Shown: piece by piece, positions 42,411 to 56,067 of the stretch
How positions within the stretch are numbered: the first letter of the stretch is position 1
Layout: each line of letters opens with the position of its first letter
From: Octopus vulgaris
Taxonomy: Eukaryota
Assembly: GCA_951406725.2 (NCBI GenBank)
Contig: OX597840.1
Location: 36,642,001-36,706,000 of the forward strand
DNA length: 64,000 bases
Direction: 5' to 3'
The notes under the pieces: model-generated
The model's input: the letters and a program-made list of their open reading frames with translations, nothing else
Told to the model about the DNA's origin: nothing
Databases searched by the model: none
Program-made: the position numbers and the translations under genes

Positions 42411-44644
42411 TAAATACGTATAGGGCTTAACAGCGAAAAACTGAGACAAAAACAAACAAAAAAAAAACAAATAAATATACAAAATTCAATTCCAGATGTC
42501 ACTAAATTACAAAATAACTAATAGTACACACGCACACACACACAAACGTGCGCGCGCATACACGCCATCGGAAGTCATCAATAGTTTGAACCACCAGCTG
42601 TTTCCTAAAACAAATATAACTTATTCAAATTGTATACTTTTCCCTGTGGTTTGTAACCAAACACGTGTGTATGTGTGTGTTTGTATGAATATATATATAT
42701 GCACGCAGCATTTATGTGTATGTGTGTGTGTGTGCACAGATTTAGGTATATCTGTATATCAATCTATCATCATTATTATAATTACTATTATTACTATTAT
42801 TATTATTACATGCAATAACAATGACAGAATAGAAACATACATGCGTGTGTGTATGTGTGTGTGTGTCCATGCATCTGTGTGTGTGTGTGTGTATAAGTGA
42901 GACGAGTTGATTTCCTATTATATTTCTAATTATCTTCCTGATTGACGCAGCATTTCTTCCTCTGCTGACAGTCACAGATATCCACTGACAGGTTACATAT
43001 AATACTTTAACAATGTATTCTGTTCTTTATGGAGTTGTACACAAACAAAAAGGCATTTCCTCACAAATTACTCTTGAAATTTGTATGGAGTTTTGCAGTT
43101 TTGGGTTTCAATTAGTGGACTCTGATCACCAGGGTGTTTGACAGCAATAAGATGACTCCAGGTGTGTTGATCAGAAAACGTTGGCTGTTGTCTGTCAGGT
43201 ATGATAAGGGAACTTCTTTGAAATTATTAAGGATGAATTTGATCTTGTGGCTGCAAGTTCTTTAATCTGTTTCAGTCATTGGACTGCAGCCATGTTAGGG
43301 CACCACCCTGAAGAGTTTTAGTCAAACAAATCGACCCCAAAATTTATATTTTGAAAAAGAAATGCTCAATAAAGATGTCTGTATTTAAAGGGATAACATG
43401 AATAAATACCTGCCGAACTTCGCATTTCTGAGTAGACTTAATACCCTCATTGTTAATCATCTACCCATCCCCCTTATTTAGAGGCACCCGTAGAGCATCC
43501 CTAGGTTGATGACGTGGTTATGTTTTATGATGTCGACATTTTCAACAAACCGTTATTCTTTCTTATCACTTCTTGGTTTTATTATAATTAGACTTAGTTG
43601 AAGACATAAAAAGAAACGGATTTCTTATTTAATAGGTCACAGTCACATGTCAGAGATCACAGACCAAAGATTTTTATTTCGGGCGGTTGATTTTCTATTT
43701 CTGTTTTAAATAAAAACTTAATTAAAGATGACACTTCTTCCAGACTATTGTCGTTGCTGCTTTTGTTTAGCTGAAGGTTGCCACGACTGAGACTGACGAT
43801 TAAAGACTTATGATTAAAGACATTCCAAATATAATCATCCCGTGATTATATTAGGCTATAATCATCCCGTGATTATATTAGGCATAGTCTATATAGGACT
43901 ACATCATTCAATGTGTGCCTCTTTCTTAAACACTGCAGAGACTGATTTGATAGGATTTTGTTTGGGTTTTTTTTTTTGAAGGTCGAACGGCCAAGCTGTA
44001 ACTTTCTCGGTCGTTCCAGGCGTTGTTGCTGTTGTTGTTGCTGTTATTGTTGTTGTTATTGCTGCCACTGTTTGATTCTTGGTCAAACCAAAATCAGCAG
44101 ACTTATGTTGAAATGTGTTTCAAGCTATTCCTCTAATCTTTTATTCAACATTATCTACTTAGAACTAAAATTATTTTGTCGCAGTCAACCAGAGGAAACT
44201 AATGTTTTGTAAATGGTCAACTTATAAAAAAACCATGCAACTTCCTAAATAATTCAAACCGAATTAAGACCAACGTCAGCTTCTTCGAACTCAGTTTTTT
44301 ACGCCATTTAATTCGTTCTGGCTTTTCGGTGCATTTGATTCTCAACTTTCCAGCCAACATTATTTGGACAAACACCGTATAAATATTAATTTGTAGACAG
44401 TTATACAGTATGTAGAGTTTGACTGTATAGAATATGGTGTCTACCTCCTCACTCAAAATATATATTCTGTGTCGAAGCATAGAGTCAACATCAACGTGCT
44501 ATGAAGTCAATATCTATACCATGTTTCTCTATCCGGTCAATAATTACACACTGTGTCTGTCGCTCCATTTAACATCTCCACATCTAGACAACATCTGCAT
44601 AATGTGTCTAATTAGCGTATACACACTGTGTTTATCTATTTAGT

Positions 44645-44896
44645 TCAACAGAACGGCCAGCTTTTGAAATTAACATGCAAATTGTTGAATACTTCACGTA
44701 GTTCTCGGGGAGATTCAGTGTGACTCGGAATATAGCAATTCTGACCCTTTCGAATAGAGATACTGCTCATTTTTGCCAGCTGGGTGGACTGGAAATAAAG
44801 AGTCTCGTTCAAGGATATAACGTGTCACCGGGAATCGAACCCACGACCTAACGATCGTGAGTCGAATACCTCAACCATTAAGTGACGTGCCTTCAC
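44645..44896 (-). mobile_element. SINE family C, diverged
   Basis: tRNA-like head (ccggggaatcgaacccacgacc on the plus strand) and a body matching 39661-39852. Confidence 0.7.
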
Positions 44897-46539
44897 CACA
44901 CAAGATGTTTATCCAGTCAACAAGTTATGGTTGATAGATGAGACTGTCACTATTCACACAACATCTTCACACATCTATTCTTAACTTCTTTGTGTGTTTT
45001 CGATAAAGAAACGCCTTCATTCTCCAAATCCCGAATCTAACATGCTGTTCTTGTCTCAGAAGTTCAACAAACAACAAACGAAATAATTATTTATCTGTCT
45101 ATAATTCTCAAGTATGAATTGGGGACATTTAATGCAATATCATCCACAAGAATCGAATATTTATCAATTGTATTTGAAAATTGCATTGTAAATTTGTTAA
45201 ATATAAAAATGTGTGGAAAAGCAAAATATTTTATTCTTGGTGGGCAGGAATTGTTATTATTTCTTTTTTGAATATATTTTTTATATTTATATTTTTGGTA
45301 TAAAAAAAATACATTTGTGAAAAGAGAAACTTGGAAACAAATGATTTATTTAATTTTTTAAAGAATAATTTTTGATGTTTTTTTTCCGAAATGTTTCTTT
45401 CTCAAAGAGATTTTCTTCATCTTAGAAAAAAAAAAAAAATACAGAAAAGGAAAAAGAAAAGAAAGGAAAAGAAAAAGCAGCAATTCATTTCCTCCTCATT
45501 CTCTCCTTTTTCTTTCTGTAAAGTTTATGAATTTTGCCTCTGCTGAGTTCATTTTCTCGCTAAATATCTGATTTTAAACAGGAATGACACGTAAAATGAT
45601 AGATGAAATTATACCGAAAGATTGTCAAGTCCAAAGACGTAATTTCTAGCAAGAAAATTGGCCGCTAAAATCTTTTCTTTTTATTATCTAAAAAAATAAA
45701 GAAGTAAAAAAAACAACAAAAAAAACATAATCAATTGACGGGGAGGGGGTTGGGGTTGGGTGATATTCGTGGCACAAAAAAAAACAAAAAAAATAAATGA
45801 TGTATTTATGTTTGTTAGAATTTTGGCAATATTCTTTCCACTTGAAAAAGTGTTTTTTATCACAAAAATCAATAAAAATATAAATAAAAGTGAAATTGAA
45901 GGTAAAACAAAACAAAAAAAAAAATGAAATGCTAGACGTTGGTCTCTATTTAGTTGTTTACGGTACCTCTCGCTAGGTTCTGTGTTCAAATCCAACTGCC
46001 AGATAGACTATTTTGTTTTTATTTTTAGTGGCGACAGAAGAAGACGAGGTCGAACCAGTCAGTGAGCTACGAGGGGGGTGGGGGTGGAGGAGATTAAATA
46101 AAGAACGGCTGAGTTATTCCATACTCCATTCTCTTCTCAGAATTTATTACAAGTCGTTGCCAAAATTTAGATATTAGAATCAGTATTTAGCTACGACCGT
46201 TTACATTCCGTGATTATAATAACCGAAACTGACTTCGTTTTTGCGTTTTACTTTTATCGTCCCAGCAAGGAGATGGGGGTTTTTGAAAGTGATCGGAGTG
46301 GGTCCATGAAATAAAATTTAAAAAAACATTCAGGTAGAGAACTAGGATGGGTTTGATTTATTAATTCTCTCCATCCTTTTCCTCAACACACATCGAAATT
46401 TGGAATATTGTGTCTAGGTTAGAATTCAAAAATCAGTATTCAGTTTCGTCACTTTAATATTCTATGCTCAGACCTCACCCGGGTAGATGAGATGCTTATA
46501 TGAAAAACAAAACAAAACAAAAATACGATCAGTCATGTT

Positions 46540-47520
46540 CGTTTAATCCGGGGAGTGGTGGCGCTTCTGAGAAAGGATCCTAATAAGGTGAACCACATAG
46601 AGAGTTTCTGCCCCAAACTCTCTCAAACAATGAGATCAAGATTTTGAGCCAGGCGTTATCAAGTAAGATATGCGTTATCCTGAACAGATCTGTTGGCAAA
46701 ATTCAATAAATGCGACACTTAATCGAAAGAGTGGGTAAAGAAGTGGGCAGGTTTCCTTGTTCTCATCAACCTTAATCAATCAAAAACCTTCGATTAGGTC
46801 GTCCATCAATACTTGACAGCTTCCCTGACTGCTTCTGGTTTCGACTCCTTTCCCAGGGTTTCGATCACTGCAATGTACGACCTATCGGATCCGTTCAATA
46901 TCAGGCGTTCGCCCGGTCAAGGTTGTCCTTTTTTGTTTCTTCTGTATGTACGGACATTCGGGCCACTGCTGAGGAAGCTAGAGACTTTGAGGGGCACCTC
47001 ATGCGAAGTGCGAAAGATCTGTGTCAGTACACGTAGACAACATCACCATAATAGTGGTGATCGGCACTTCTCTAAGAGAGTCTGACACAGTGACGAATTC
47101 AAATTGGTGGGTCTGCAGCTACGTAGATCCATTCAATCGAAAAGAATCGTGGGGTCGTGGGCAGACGGATCGGTTAAATTGCTTGGGGTCTGATTGGGTC
47201 CAAATCTTCTGGTGTGCAACAAATGGGACAAGGTGACGAGCAAGGTGGCCAATGTCATCCAGAACTGGCTCGAGAGTCCGTTATCCTTGAAACTATGGGC
47301 AAAGGTGGCGAATGCTTGTGTTGCCTCCACCATTTAATTTCGCCAAACCGTCACCATTTAATTTCGCCAAACCGTCACCATTTAATTTCGCCAAACCCCG
47401 TTCACGTTTGGTCAATCTGCTCTTTCGCTTTCTGGGAAAGTGACTCGTTCCACTGGTCAGCACTTTTGGATTTGGAGGACAGTTTGAGAAGAGTCTTAGT
47501 GGTCAAATTAACCCTCATTT
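46540..47520 (+). mobile_element. Decayed L1/Tx1-like LINE RT remnant
   Basis: VVALLRKDPNK..F.P, IKILSQAL, LINLNQSKTFD.V.HQYL, QGCP..FLLY, VSVHVDNITIIV (degenerate YADD). Confidence 0.7.
47328..47397. repeat. 24-bp tandem repeat, about 3 copies
   Basis: caccatttaatttcgccaaaccgt repeated. Confidence 0.9.
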
Positions 47521-47616
47521 AGTGGGATTTCCACGAGTAGCCCTCAGAGGCTACAGCCTTTGTGCGGATATTTTCTTTCTTTGAATATTTTTTTATCTTT
47601 GTTACTTCCCCTGTTT

Positions 47617-47672
<56 letters not shown>

Positions 47673-47779
47673 ATATAATAATAACCTCACACCCTATCGT
47701 CCTGCAGTGACGTCAATGTATTTGTCAACTCTTGTGGTTAATAAAGAAATAATAATTTGTATTGCTATTAAGGCAACGA

Positions 47780-48168
47780 ATTCTTTTCTACTATAGGCAC
47801 AAGGCCTGAAATTTGGTGGGAGAGGGCCAATCAATTAGTACGCAACTGGTACTTAATTTATCGACCCCGTAAGGATGAAAGGTAAGGTCGACCTCGGCGG
47901 AATTTGAACTCAGAATGTAAAGACAGACGGAATACTTATTTCTTTATTACCCACAAGGGGCTAAACATAGAGGGGACAAAAAAAGACAGACATAGGTATT
48001 AAGTCGATTACATCGACCCCAGTGCGTAACTGGTACTTAATTTATCGACCCCGAAAGGATGAAAGACTAAGTCGACCTCGGCGGAATTTGAACTCAGAAC
48101 GTAAAGACAGACGAAATACTGCTAAGCATTTCGTCCAGCGTGCTAACGATTCTGCCAGCTCGCCGCCT
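47780..48168 (-). mobile_element. SINE family B (Meta/MESC-like domain duplicated) with 14-bp TSD
   Basis: Head aaggcggcgagctggcagaatcgttagc; two copies of ttcatcctttcggggtcgataaattaagtaccag-like domain; TSD tattaaggcaacga at 47766-47779 and 48169-48182. Confidence 0.88.
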
Positions 48169-50210
48169 TATTAAGGCAACGAGTTGACAGAACTGTTAGT
48201 GCAACGAAGTAAACGTTTAGAAGCATTTCGTTTGGCTCATTACATTCCGAGTTCAAATCCCACCGATGTAAACCTAATAGAAAGGATTGTTATTATTATT
48301 ATTATTATTATTAGTTGTTGTAGTAGAAGTAATATCATCATTATAGTTGTTAAAGAGGCAAATTTTATATTACTTCAACTCCGTGTCACTTTGTATTGTT
48401 GTTCCTATTGCTCCTTCTTGTTATTCCACTTTCCTCCTCAACGACTCCACCCCTCCCGTTAATACTCCTCATTCCCATACATTCTCTTCTTCCTTTCCTT
48501 CTCCCAAGCCACGCATCGTATTTGATGTTTTGTTGTTTTGTTGTGTCTGTAACAAAACTTGCAATAATTATTTTGTATCAAATTATTAGATTTGATTTTT
48601 CAGTCTTCATTTTGTGTAGAACCAAGCAATGAATTACTAGAAAGGGCTTGTCTTCTGTTCTTGTGTTCACGTAGTGCTCTGCTCCTCTGTTCTTGTGTTA
48701 TTCTTCTTTTCTTGTGTTCTCGCTTCCTGCGATTGTTTTGTATCAAATTATTATTTCATATTTTGATTCGGTTTTGTTTTGTGTATTTTGCAAGCAATGA
48801 ATATTTAGAACGGCTCGCCTTGTATTCTTCTTCTTGTATTATTCTTGCTTCGAATGCAGCCGCAACCCCACCAGTTGGTCAGTACATTTAAGGTCCCCAA
48901 ACAACCTATTATGTTACATAGTGTAATGATTAATGCTTTATTTAGTTACAACAAAACTTGGTCAGTATATAAAAGCTCGCCAAAAGAACCTATTATGTTA
49001 CAGAACACTATAGAGTGTTATAGGAGAATATCGTATAATATAATATACGATACTATAGCAGATTCTTTGATGCTTTGTCTAGGTCTGCTTCTGGTATTTT
49101 TGATGTTAGTTTGCTACAGAATCATTTATTCTAAAATTACTAAAGTTGTTGTCCAGAAGATGGTCGACAAAGGTCGATAGAGGTCGCCCAATGTCACCCT
49201 GGAGAAGAAGGAAAAAAATTCTATGTATTAGCAAATAGTGGTGTCCTTTGTATTGACAAGTTTTTCATGCTTTTGAGGTGTTCGTTGGGGCGGGGAGGTT
49301 TCAATTAATACATGTCGTTTTAGTTGTTGTTGTCGTTGTTATTGTCGTCGTCGTCCTCATCGTTGTATAACTCTCCGTCAGCTTTGATGAATTAGTCTTC
49401 TGATAACAGACATTCCAATAGCTATGACCAACCCGCCTTTCTTCTAAAATAACCCTTGACCGTCGAAAGCTTAGTGAGTATAATACACAGGGTTTTCAAT
49501 CGCAAAAGAGTTGAGGCCCGTGCAAGGTTTTTCTTTTTGGCGGAGGTCTAGCATTTGCCCCTCAGCACCAATCTTCTCCAAAGAAAAGGTTATCAGTTTG
49601 GTACCAGAATCATTAATAGTTGAGAACGCAATGAGTTGGAAGCGAAACCGCAATGCGTCTCGTCTGATTCTCTGCCGGTTCCTCTATTCTACCGTCGTCG
49701 GGGTGATACCTGTTTATTGACTCCTTCCCCCAAAGATGAATACAGAGAGTCGGAATAAATACTGCAATGTATTCTCACGATGGGAAATTGCGAAGGAGGT
49801 TATGGCTGAGAGGGTGGTTCTTTGGCTGGAGTAGATTTCATTTGTGGACCGTTGTAACAGAAACCCTAACCAAAGAATGTCTTTAGCAGGGTTTCCAAAA
49901 CTACAAACATTCTAGCAAGGACTTCACTCTAATTATATCTTCCTTTCACTCTTTTTCTTTCTCCTTTCCCTCTCTCTTATTTCCTCCCCCTCGCTCTCTC
50001 TCTCACACACAATTTTGAGATCCCTGAAAAAAAGGGGCACGGATACTACTCTTTCTTCTCTAACGGAGGAATAAAAATGAATTCACTGAAGTCTTAGAAA
50101 TATTTCTTACGACGCTTGGGACTGATCTGAGGGAAATTCTGCAGCTATTTCTTGCAAGTAGTGTCACTACGTAGAAACTCCTATGTTGGATGTAACTTAA
50201 TATATCCAGT

Positions 50211-50597
50211 GTGGAGGCGCAATGGCCCAGGGGTTAGGGCAGCGGACTCGCGGTCATAGGATCGCGGTTTCGATTCCCAGACCGGGCGTTGTGAGTGTTT
50301 ATTGAGCGAAAACACCTAAAGCTCCACGAGGCTCCGGCAGGGGGTGGTGGTGATCCCTGCTGTACTCTTTCACCACAACTTTCTCTCACTCTTACTTCCT
50401 GTTTCTGTTGTACCTGTATTTCAAGGGGCCGGCCTTGTCACTCTCTGTGTCACGCTGAATATCCCCGAGAACTACATTAAGGGTACACGTGTCTGTGGAG
50501 TGCTCAGCCACTTACACGTTAATTTCACGAGTAGGCTGTTCCGTTTATCGGATCAACCGGAACCCTCGTCGTCGGAACCGACGGAGTGCTTCCATCC
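50211..50597 (+). mobile_element. tRNA(Arg)-like SINE family C, full length (resembles octopus OR-type SINEs)
   Basis: Head ggcgcaatggcccaggggttagggcagcggactcgcggtc...ggtttcgattccc; 12-bp TSD aatatatccagt at 50199-50210 and 50598-50609. Confidence 0.88.
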
Positions 50598-51928
50598 AAT
50601 ATATCCAGTTGTTGTTGTTGCTGCTTTTGTTGTTGTTTATATGCTGATCGAATTTAGCCGTGACCATTCCATCCTATTATGGCATGTGGGACGACATTGT
50701 CTAATGCCTTCTCTATTTAAAACGGTAAGACATGTTGGCTGTTATTCCTTGCATGTCCTGCGACTGCATACGGGCTTCGTCGCTCGACAACAAGCACAGC
50801 TATTTACATTTTAGACAAATAACAAGAACCATTGATATCTTATTATTAGAATATCATGTGACATATCAAATCGTTATTCCGATGGCAACACCCCCTCCCC
50901 CACCCACCCTCACCTGCTGTCCTTGTCTACCTTGGTTGCAATTTAAGTGACACTTGACATTAGATTGACACTTCACATGATTTTCTTTTCAGTTTCTATT
51001 TTGTTTCCCCGAATACATTAGGAAAGACGAAGTCTGTGACCATTCGTCGAAGACTTGGCGAACTGTGGCGGGGGAAGGGGAGGTAATATGTCAGCTGACG
51101 TCAATTAGAGAAGATTTATAACACTTATTGCTACTCTCTGTTTTAAGACAAATATTTTCTTCTCACGTTCTCTGTTTTCATCTGTCAGTTTGTCTGCCTG
51201 TCTGTCATATATATATATATATGATAATCTGTGTGTGTGTGTGTTAATGAATTCAAAGCCACTCAGCTGATGACATGCAATTACACAGCTTTGGTTGGAT
51301 CCTGTTTATATAATATTTATATTATTATAATGTGTATAATATGTGAAACACTCGGCCACTAATTACTGATGCTAATGTACAGAAATCATTGCAGTGAATT
51401 GGATTAAAACTTATTCCATCTTATATAATAATAATAATAATTTTTTAAGGTATCAATGTATCAATGCACATAGATATTCAGACAAGACAGATTCTTGCGT
51501 CGAAGGCGGTGAGTGTTCTGCTTTTGACGAACGACTTTCACAAATGATTTGCTTACGGTGATCAAAACACATCTGCCATACATTAGCTTACGCTCTCTCT
51601 GTCAAACCGACATTGCCCGAGCAGGTGTCGAAGTGATGGCAGGGCGACGTGAGGTAAATTGTGTTGTTCAAGAACACTACTCGCCACCCGGTCAAGTAAC
51701 TGAAACCACGATCTTGCAATCGCGAGTGCAACACACTGAGTACTTGGCCATGCGTCCATATATGTATGTATATGAGAATGTGTATGTGTAAAACAAAAGT
51801 GCATTACTATGACCGCTATCGAATGATACTAGTTTATCTATCTATCTATCTATCTTCTTGTCTGTCTGTCTCTCTCTATCTGTGTACATGTATGCATGTT
51901 TTTATATGTACATACATGTATACGCATA

Positions 51929-51965
<37 letters not shown>

Positions 51966-51991
51966 AGTGTGTGTGTGTGTATGCAAATATT

Positions 51992-52190
51992 CTATTCTTT
52001 TATTTTTACTTGTTTCAGTCATTTGACAGCGGCCATGCTGGAGCACCTCTTTTAGTCGAACAAATCTTATTCTATCAGACTCTTTCCCGAACAGCTAAGT
52101 TCGTGGACGCAAACACACCAACACCGGTTGTGAAGCGATGGTAGGAAGACAAACGCAGACACAAACATATACACATACACACACACATAA
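51992..52190 (-). mobile_element. SINE family A, 3' half
   Basis: tacttgtttcagtcatttgacagcggccatgctggagcacc. Confidence 0.8.
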
Positions 52191-52666
52191 AAAAAAAATA
52201 TATATAAGTTGACTTCAGCGAAATTTGAACTCAAAACTGCAACCTTATACATGTTTATGCACGTATGAATAGAGACACGCATAGGAATATGCACACACAC
52301 TCACGTGTGTGTGTATGTATATACACACACATACGCATATATATATAGTGTAAATATGCATACATATACATGCATACACGTACACGCACGCACAGTCACA
52401 CACAACACACACACACACACACACGCACACATACAAACACGCATACATATTTATATTTGAAACACGATTTTGTTGTCAAAGAAAGATCTGTGTTCTGTTT
52501 CTCTGGAGAATTACTAAATTTCAAGGTTTCTTAATTTAGAGTGTATTTTGACATTCAATACAGTTAAATAATTCTTCCGTAGGATGTTGATTTAAAATTT
52601 TCTGTGCATGCGTGTACGTATGTATGTATGTATATATGTATGTAAATATATATATGTGTATATATA

Positions 52667-53260
52667 TCAGGTTATCCCATATGTTCTGTCCGAATTTTGA
52701 ATAAAGAAAACAAGTGATCAAATGTTATATTTAATTGAAATTTAATCATCAATGTACTTTCCTGATTATCTATGACTTCCTTCCATCTATTTACAAGCTG
52801 TTTAATCCCATCAATGTAAAACTCTTTTGGTTTCAAAGTGAAGAACTCTGAAGTGTCAGTTTCGACCCCTTCCTGACTTGTGAAAGTTATATCCCCTAAG
52901 TGTTTCTGTAAACTACGAAACAACTGGTAGTCTGAAGGAGCAAGATCGGGAGAATAAGTTGAATGAGGAAATTTTTCCCAACCAAGCCTTTCGATCTTCT
53001 GTGATGTGATCTTTGCAGTCTGGGGTCGCGCATTGTCCTGATGAAACATCACTCCTTTTCGATTCACTAAAGCGGGGCTCTTTTTCTTAAAAGCTTGGTT
53101 CAAACGCTCTAATTGCTGACAGTAGACTTGAGCATTGATTGTTGCATTAGGTGCAAATGATTCAAAGTGAATTACTCTTTGCAATCCTGCCAGATAGAGA
53201 GAAGAACCATTTTACCACGAAGTTCCCTTCTCAGTTGTGGTTGAGATTTTTCTCTTTTAC
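52667..53260 (-). mobile_element. Mariner transposon 3' end (transposase C-terminus plus one TIR)
   Basis: FHQDNARPQTAK and YSPDLAPSDYQLFRSL (DD34D); terminus TA|tcaggttatccc at 52665-52680. Confidence 0.92.
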
Positions 53261-53261
53261 C

Positions 53262-53408
53262 ACGACAGGCTTCTTTTAGTTTCCGCCTACCAAATCTACT
53301 CTCAAGGCTTTGGTCGTCTCGTGGCTTTAGAAGTGCCACGCAGTGGGACTGAACCCGGAACCATGTAGTTGGGAAGCAAGCTACTCACCACAAAGCCACG
53401 CCTGTGCG
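53262..53408 (-). mobile_element. SINE family A head
   Basis: gtgccacgcagtgggactgaacccggaaccatg. Confidence 0.8.
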
Positions 53409-53411
53409 CTA

Positions 53412-53452
<41 letters not shown>

Positions 53453-53520
53453 TTAAAAATAAAAATTGTATATATATGTATGTGTGTATGCATGTAAGTA
53501 TGTATCTCTCTCTCTCTCTC

Positions 53521-53724
53521 TCGGAATTTAAACTCAGAACGTAGCTGCAGACGAAGTACCTATTTCTTTACTACCCACAAGGAACTAAACACAGAGGGGA
53601 CAAACAAGGACAGACAAACGGATTAAGTCAACCTCGGCGGAATTTGAACTCAGAACGTAACGGCAGACGAAATACCGCTAAGCATTTCGTCTGGCGTGCT
53701 AACGTTTCTGCCAGCTCGCCGCCG
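53521..53724 (-). mobile_element. SINE family B
   Basis: Matches 47890-48168. Confidence 0.85.
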
Positions 53725-53737
53725 ATTTAACTTATGT

Positions 53738-54400
53738 ATATATATGAGGCCAGAGTCGAAGAAGTTTTCTATTTAATGTTAGTAAATGAATTTAAATGCG
53801 TTCTATATCTTTTTTTCTTAAATTCAACAGTACTCTCTATGTATGTTTTAGCCGGATATTTATCTGATACTAAATATATATACATACTAGATTTTTACAG
53901 AAGCAGAATCCTTCAAGTGGGTATAAATCGATTTTCTACAGCTTTATGTTTTCCCTAATTTATTTTTTTACTATTATCTATATTTTTTTTGGTGGTGGTG
54001 GTGGTGGTGGTGGTGGTGGGTAGGGTCCATTATTCAAGGCTACCAACGAATTGGAGTTATTTTTATTTGATGTTGAATTCTATGAATTAGGTGTTCCGGA
54101 TATATTTATATTATTTATACTTGGTTTCCTATCAGTGTTAAAGGTTGTGAAAGCGTGATATTTGATTTTGTTCTTATTTATGGATGCTATAATTGATCTT
54201 AAATTTGGCATTGTGGAATAAGGAACTTTCATAGAAGATTTATTGCATATTGGATAGTATTTGTGATGTTTTGGAAAATTACGTTTTAGTATTTTGAAAA
54301 ATAGTTTCGGTAGATTTTTAACAGAAAACCAGAATGGAGGACAAAGCGAATTAGTTCGCACTTTCTAGATTTATATTGTTTAGATGTACCATGTTGTTCT
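53738..54400 (-). mobile_element. Second, different Penelope-like remnant (post-RT linker plus GIY-YIG)
   Basis: PPFWFSVKNLPKLFFKILKRNFPKHHKY..NKSSMKVPYSTMPNL..II; then SCRK..YPLEGFCFCKNLV, TYIEST.EFKKKRYRTHLNSF..STLASYI across frameshifts. Confidence 0.82.
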
Positions 54401-55299
54401 TGAGCAGAGTATTTATTTCTTTTGCTGGGGCTTATTTTATTATATTTGATATAATTTTAATTACCTTCGGACTTAATTATACTCGCATTTTTCAGTGACG
54501 TATTAGTATTAGTTAAGTTAGAATCAGAGTTACTATTGTTAGATTGTTTTAAATTTAGTATGTGCATTATCTACAGTGTAGTTAAACCATGTAATTACGT
54601 CCCCAGACGAGCTCATAGAGGGAGTTTGACTTGGTTTCTGATTCGTATATGAGTGTGACTCATCGTAAAGTAATAAGGTTAGCGTCGTAGTGAGGAAATT
54701 TCGAAGAATGAACCAGACAACATCCAGGAAACCGAATACAGTGGTAAAGACTGAAGAAACCACTTAATGAAAGGTATTTAAACAAAAATATTTCCACTGA
54801 GGAACCTGCTGTGTATTTAAGGGTTTTTAGGTCAAACTCATTTACTGTGTATTTCCTTTTGTAAGACACAGTTGTAAAAACTGCTATCTATTGCAGGTTT
54901 AGCAACCACTTAGAGGCTCTCTTATCGGTTGCTATTGGAATTTGGAGCGTTGTTAATCCCAACTGAAAAGACTTCTGATGGCGGATGTTACAACCGTGTC
55001 TAACCCTTGTTTTGAATTACTACATCCCAAACTGAATCATACTTTAAAGATGGTAAGGTATGGAATGTGTGGCATATTTACAGCAATTTTAGGGACGAAA
55101 GAGAAATCACAGTGTGGTCCCTACTCTCAACAAAACATTCTGGTAACTAGGTCCCATTTACAATCAGATGTGCAATAAAGAGGGGCGCAAAAACTGTGCG
55201 TCTCTAAAGTAGATGAATCATAGATGGGTTGGGGAAAGTGACTTGATATAGAGGGAGAGTGTCTGACTGTCAGTTACTCTGTCTGTGCGGGACAGAGAG

Positions 55300-55339
<40 letters not shown>

Positions 55340-55553
55340 CGAGAGAGAGAAGAGTAAGACTGTGATGTTGAGACTAAGTTACCTCCAAAATAACACACCC
55401 AAAATTGGTTGGGTGTGAGTCACAATTGTTTGAATGAAGTAGCATGAGACAAGGAAAACACTCACACACACGTGTTATGTATGTGTGTATATATATGTAT
55501 ATATACATGTATACATATATATATGCGTATATATACATGTATACATATATATG

Positions 55554-55602
<49 letters not shown>

Positions 55603-55637
55603 GTATATATATATGCATGTATGCATATATATATGCA

Positions 55638-55672
<35 letters not shown>

Positions 55673-55823
55673 GCATATATATATGCATATGTATATGTAT
55701 ATATATATATACATATATATATATATCTGTGTGTGTATATATATATATATATATGAATATTTATGTATGGATACATACATACATACATACATACATACAT
55801 ACATACATACATACATACATACA

Positions 55824-55882
<59 letters not shown>

Positions 55883-56028
55883 ATTCTTTGATAAATGGTA
55901 TGCAGAAAACCCTCGGCGTTTGGGGCAGTCTTAAAACTATTGTGACGATTAATAAACATATAATTACGTACATGTGAGTGCCTATGTTTATAAACACGTG
56001 CGTGTGCACCCACACCCATAAATATATG

Positions 56029-56067
<39 letters not shown>

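Noticed and set aside
47328-47397. Regular direct repeats that might suggest a CRISPR array (also 19189-19234, 36280-36870, 60500-60880)
   Set aside because: Head-to-tail tandem repeats without unique spacers, in eukaryotic DNA with no cas genes
48550-49010. Two pairs of diverged local direct duplications
   Set aside because: Old tandem duplications with no coding or structural signal
49440-49920. Possible LINE C-terminal remnant on the minus strand
   Set aside because: No diagnostic motif could be read with confidence
50211-50290. tRNA gene-like sequence (also 40414 and SINE A heads)
   Set aside because: No proper acceptor stem or terminator; continues into a SINE body, bounded by a TSD in the 50211 copy
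51260-51360. CTGATGA...GAAAcac possible hammerhead
   Set aside because: No UH triplet or stem I pairing; too degenerate to call
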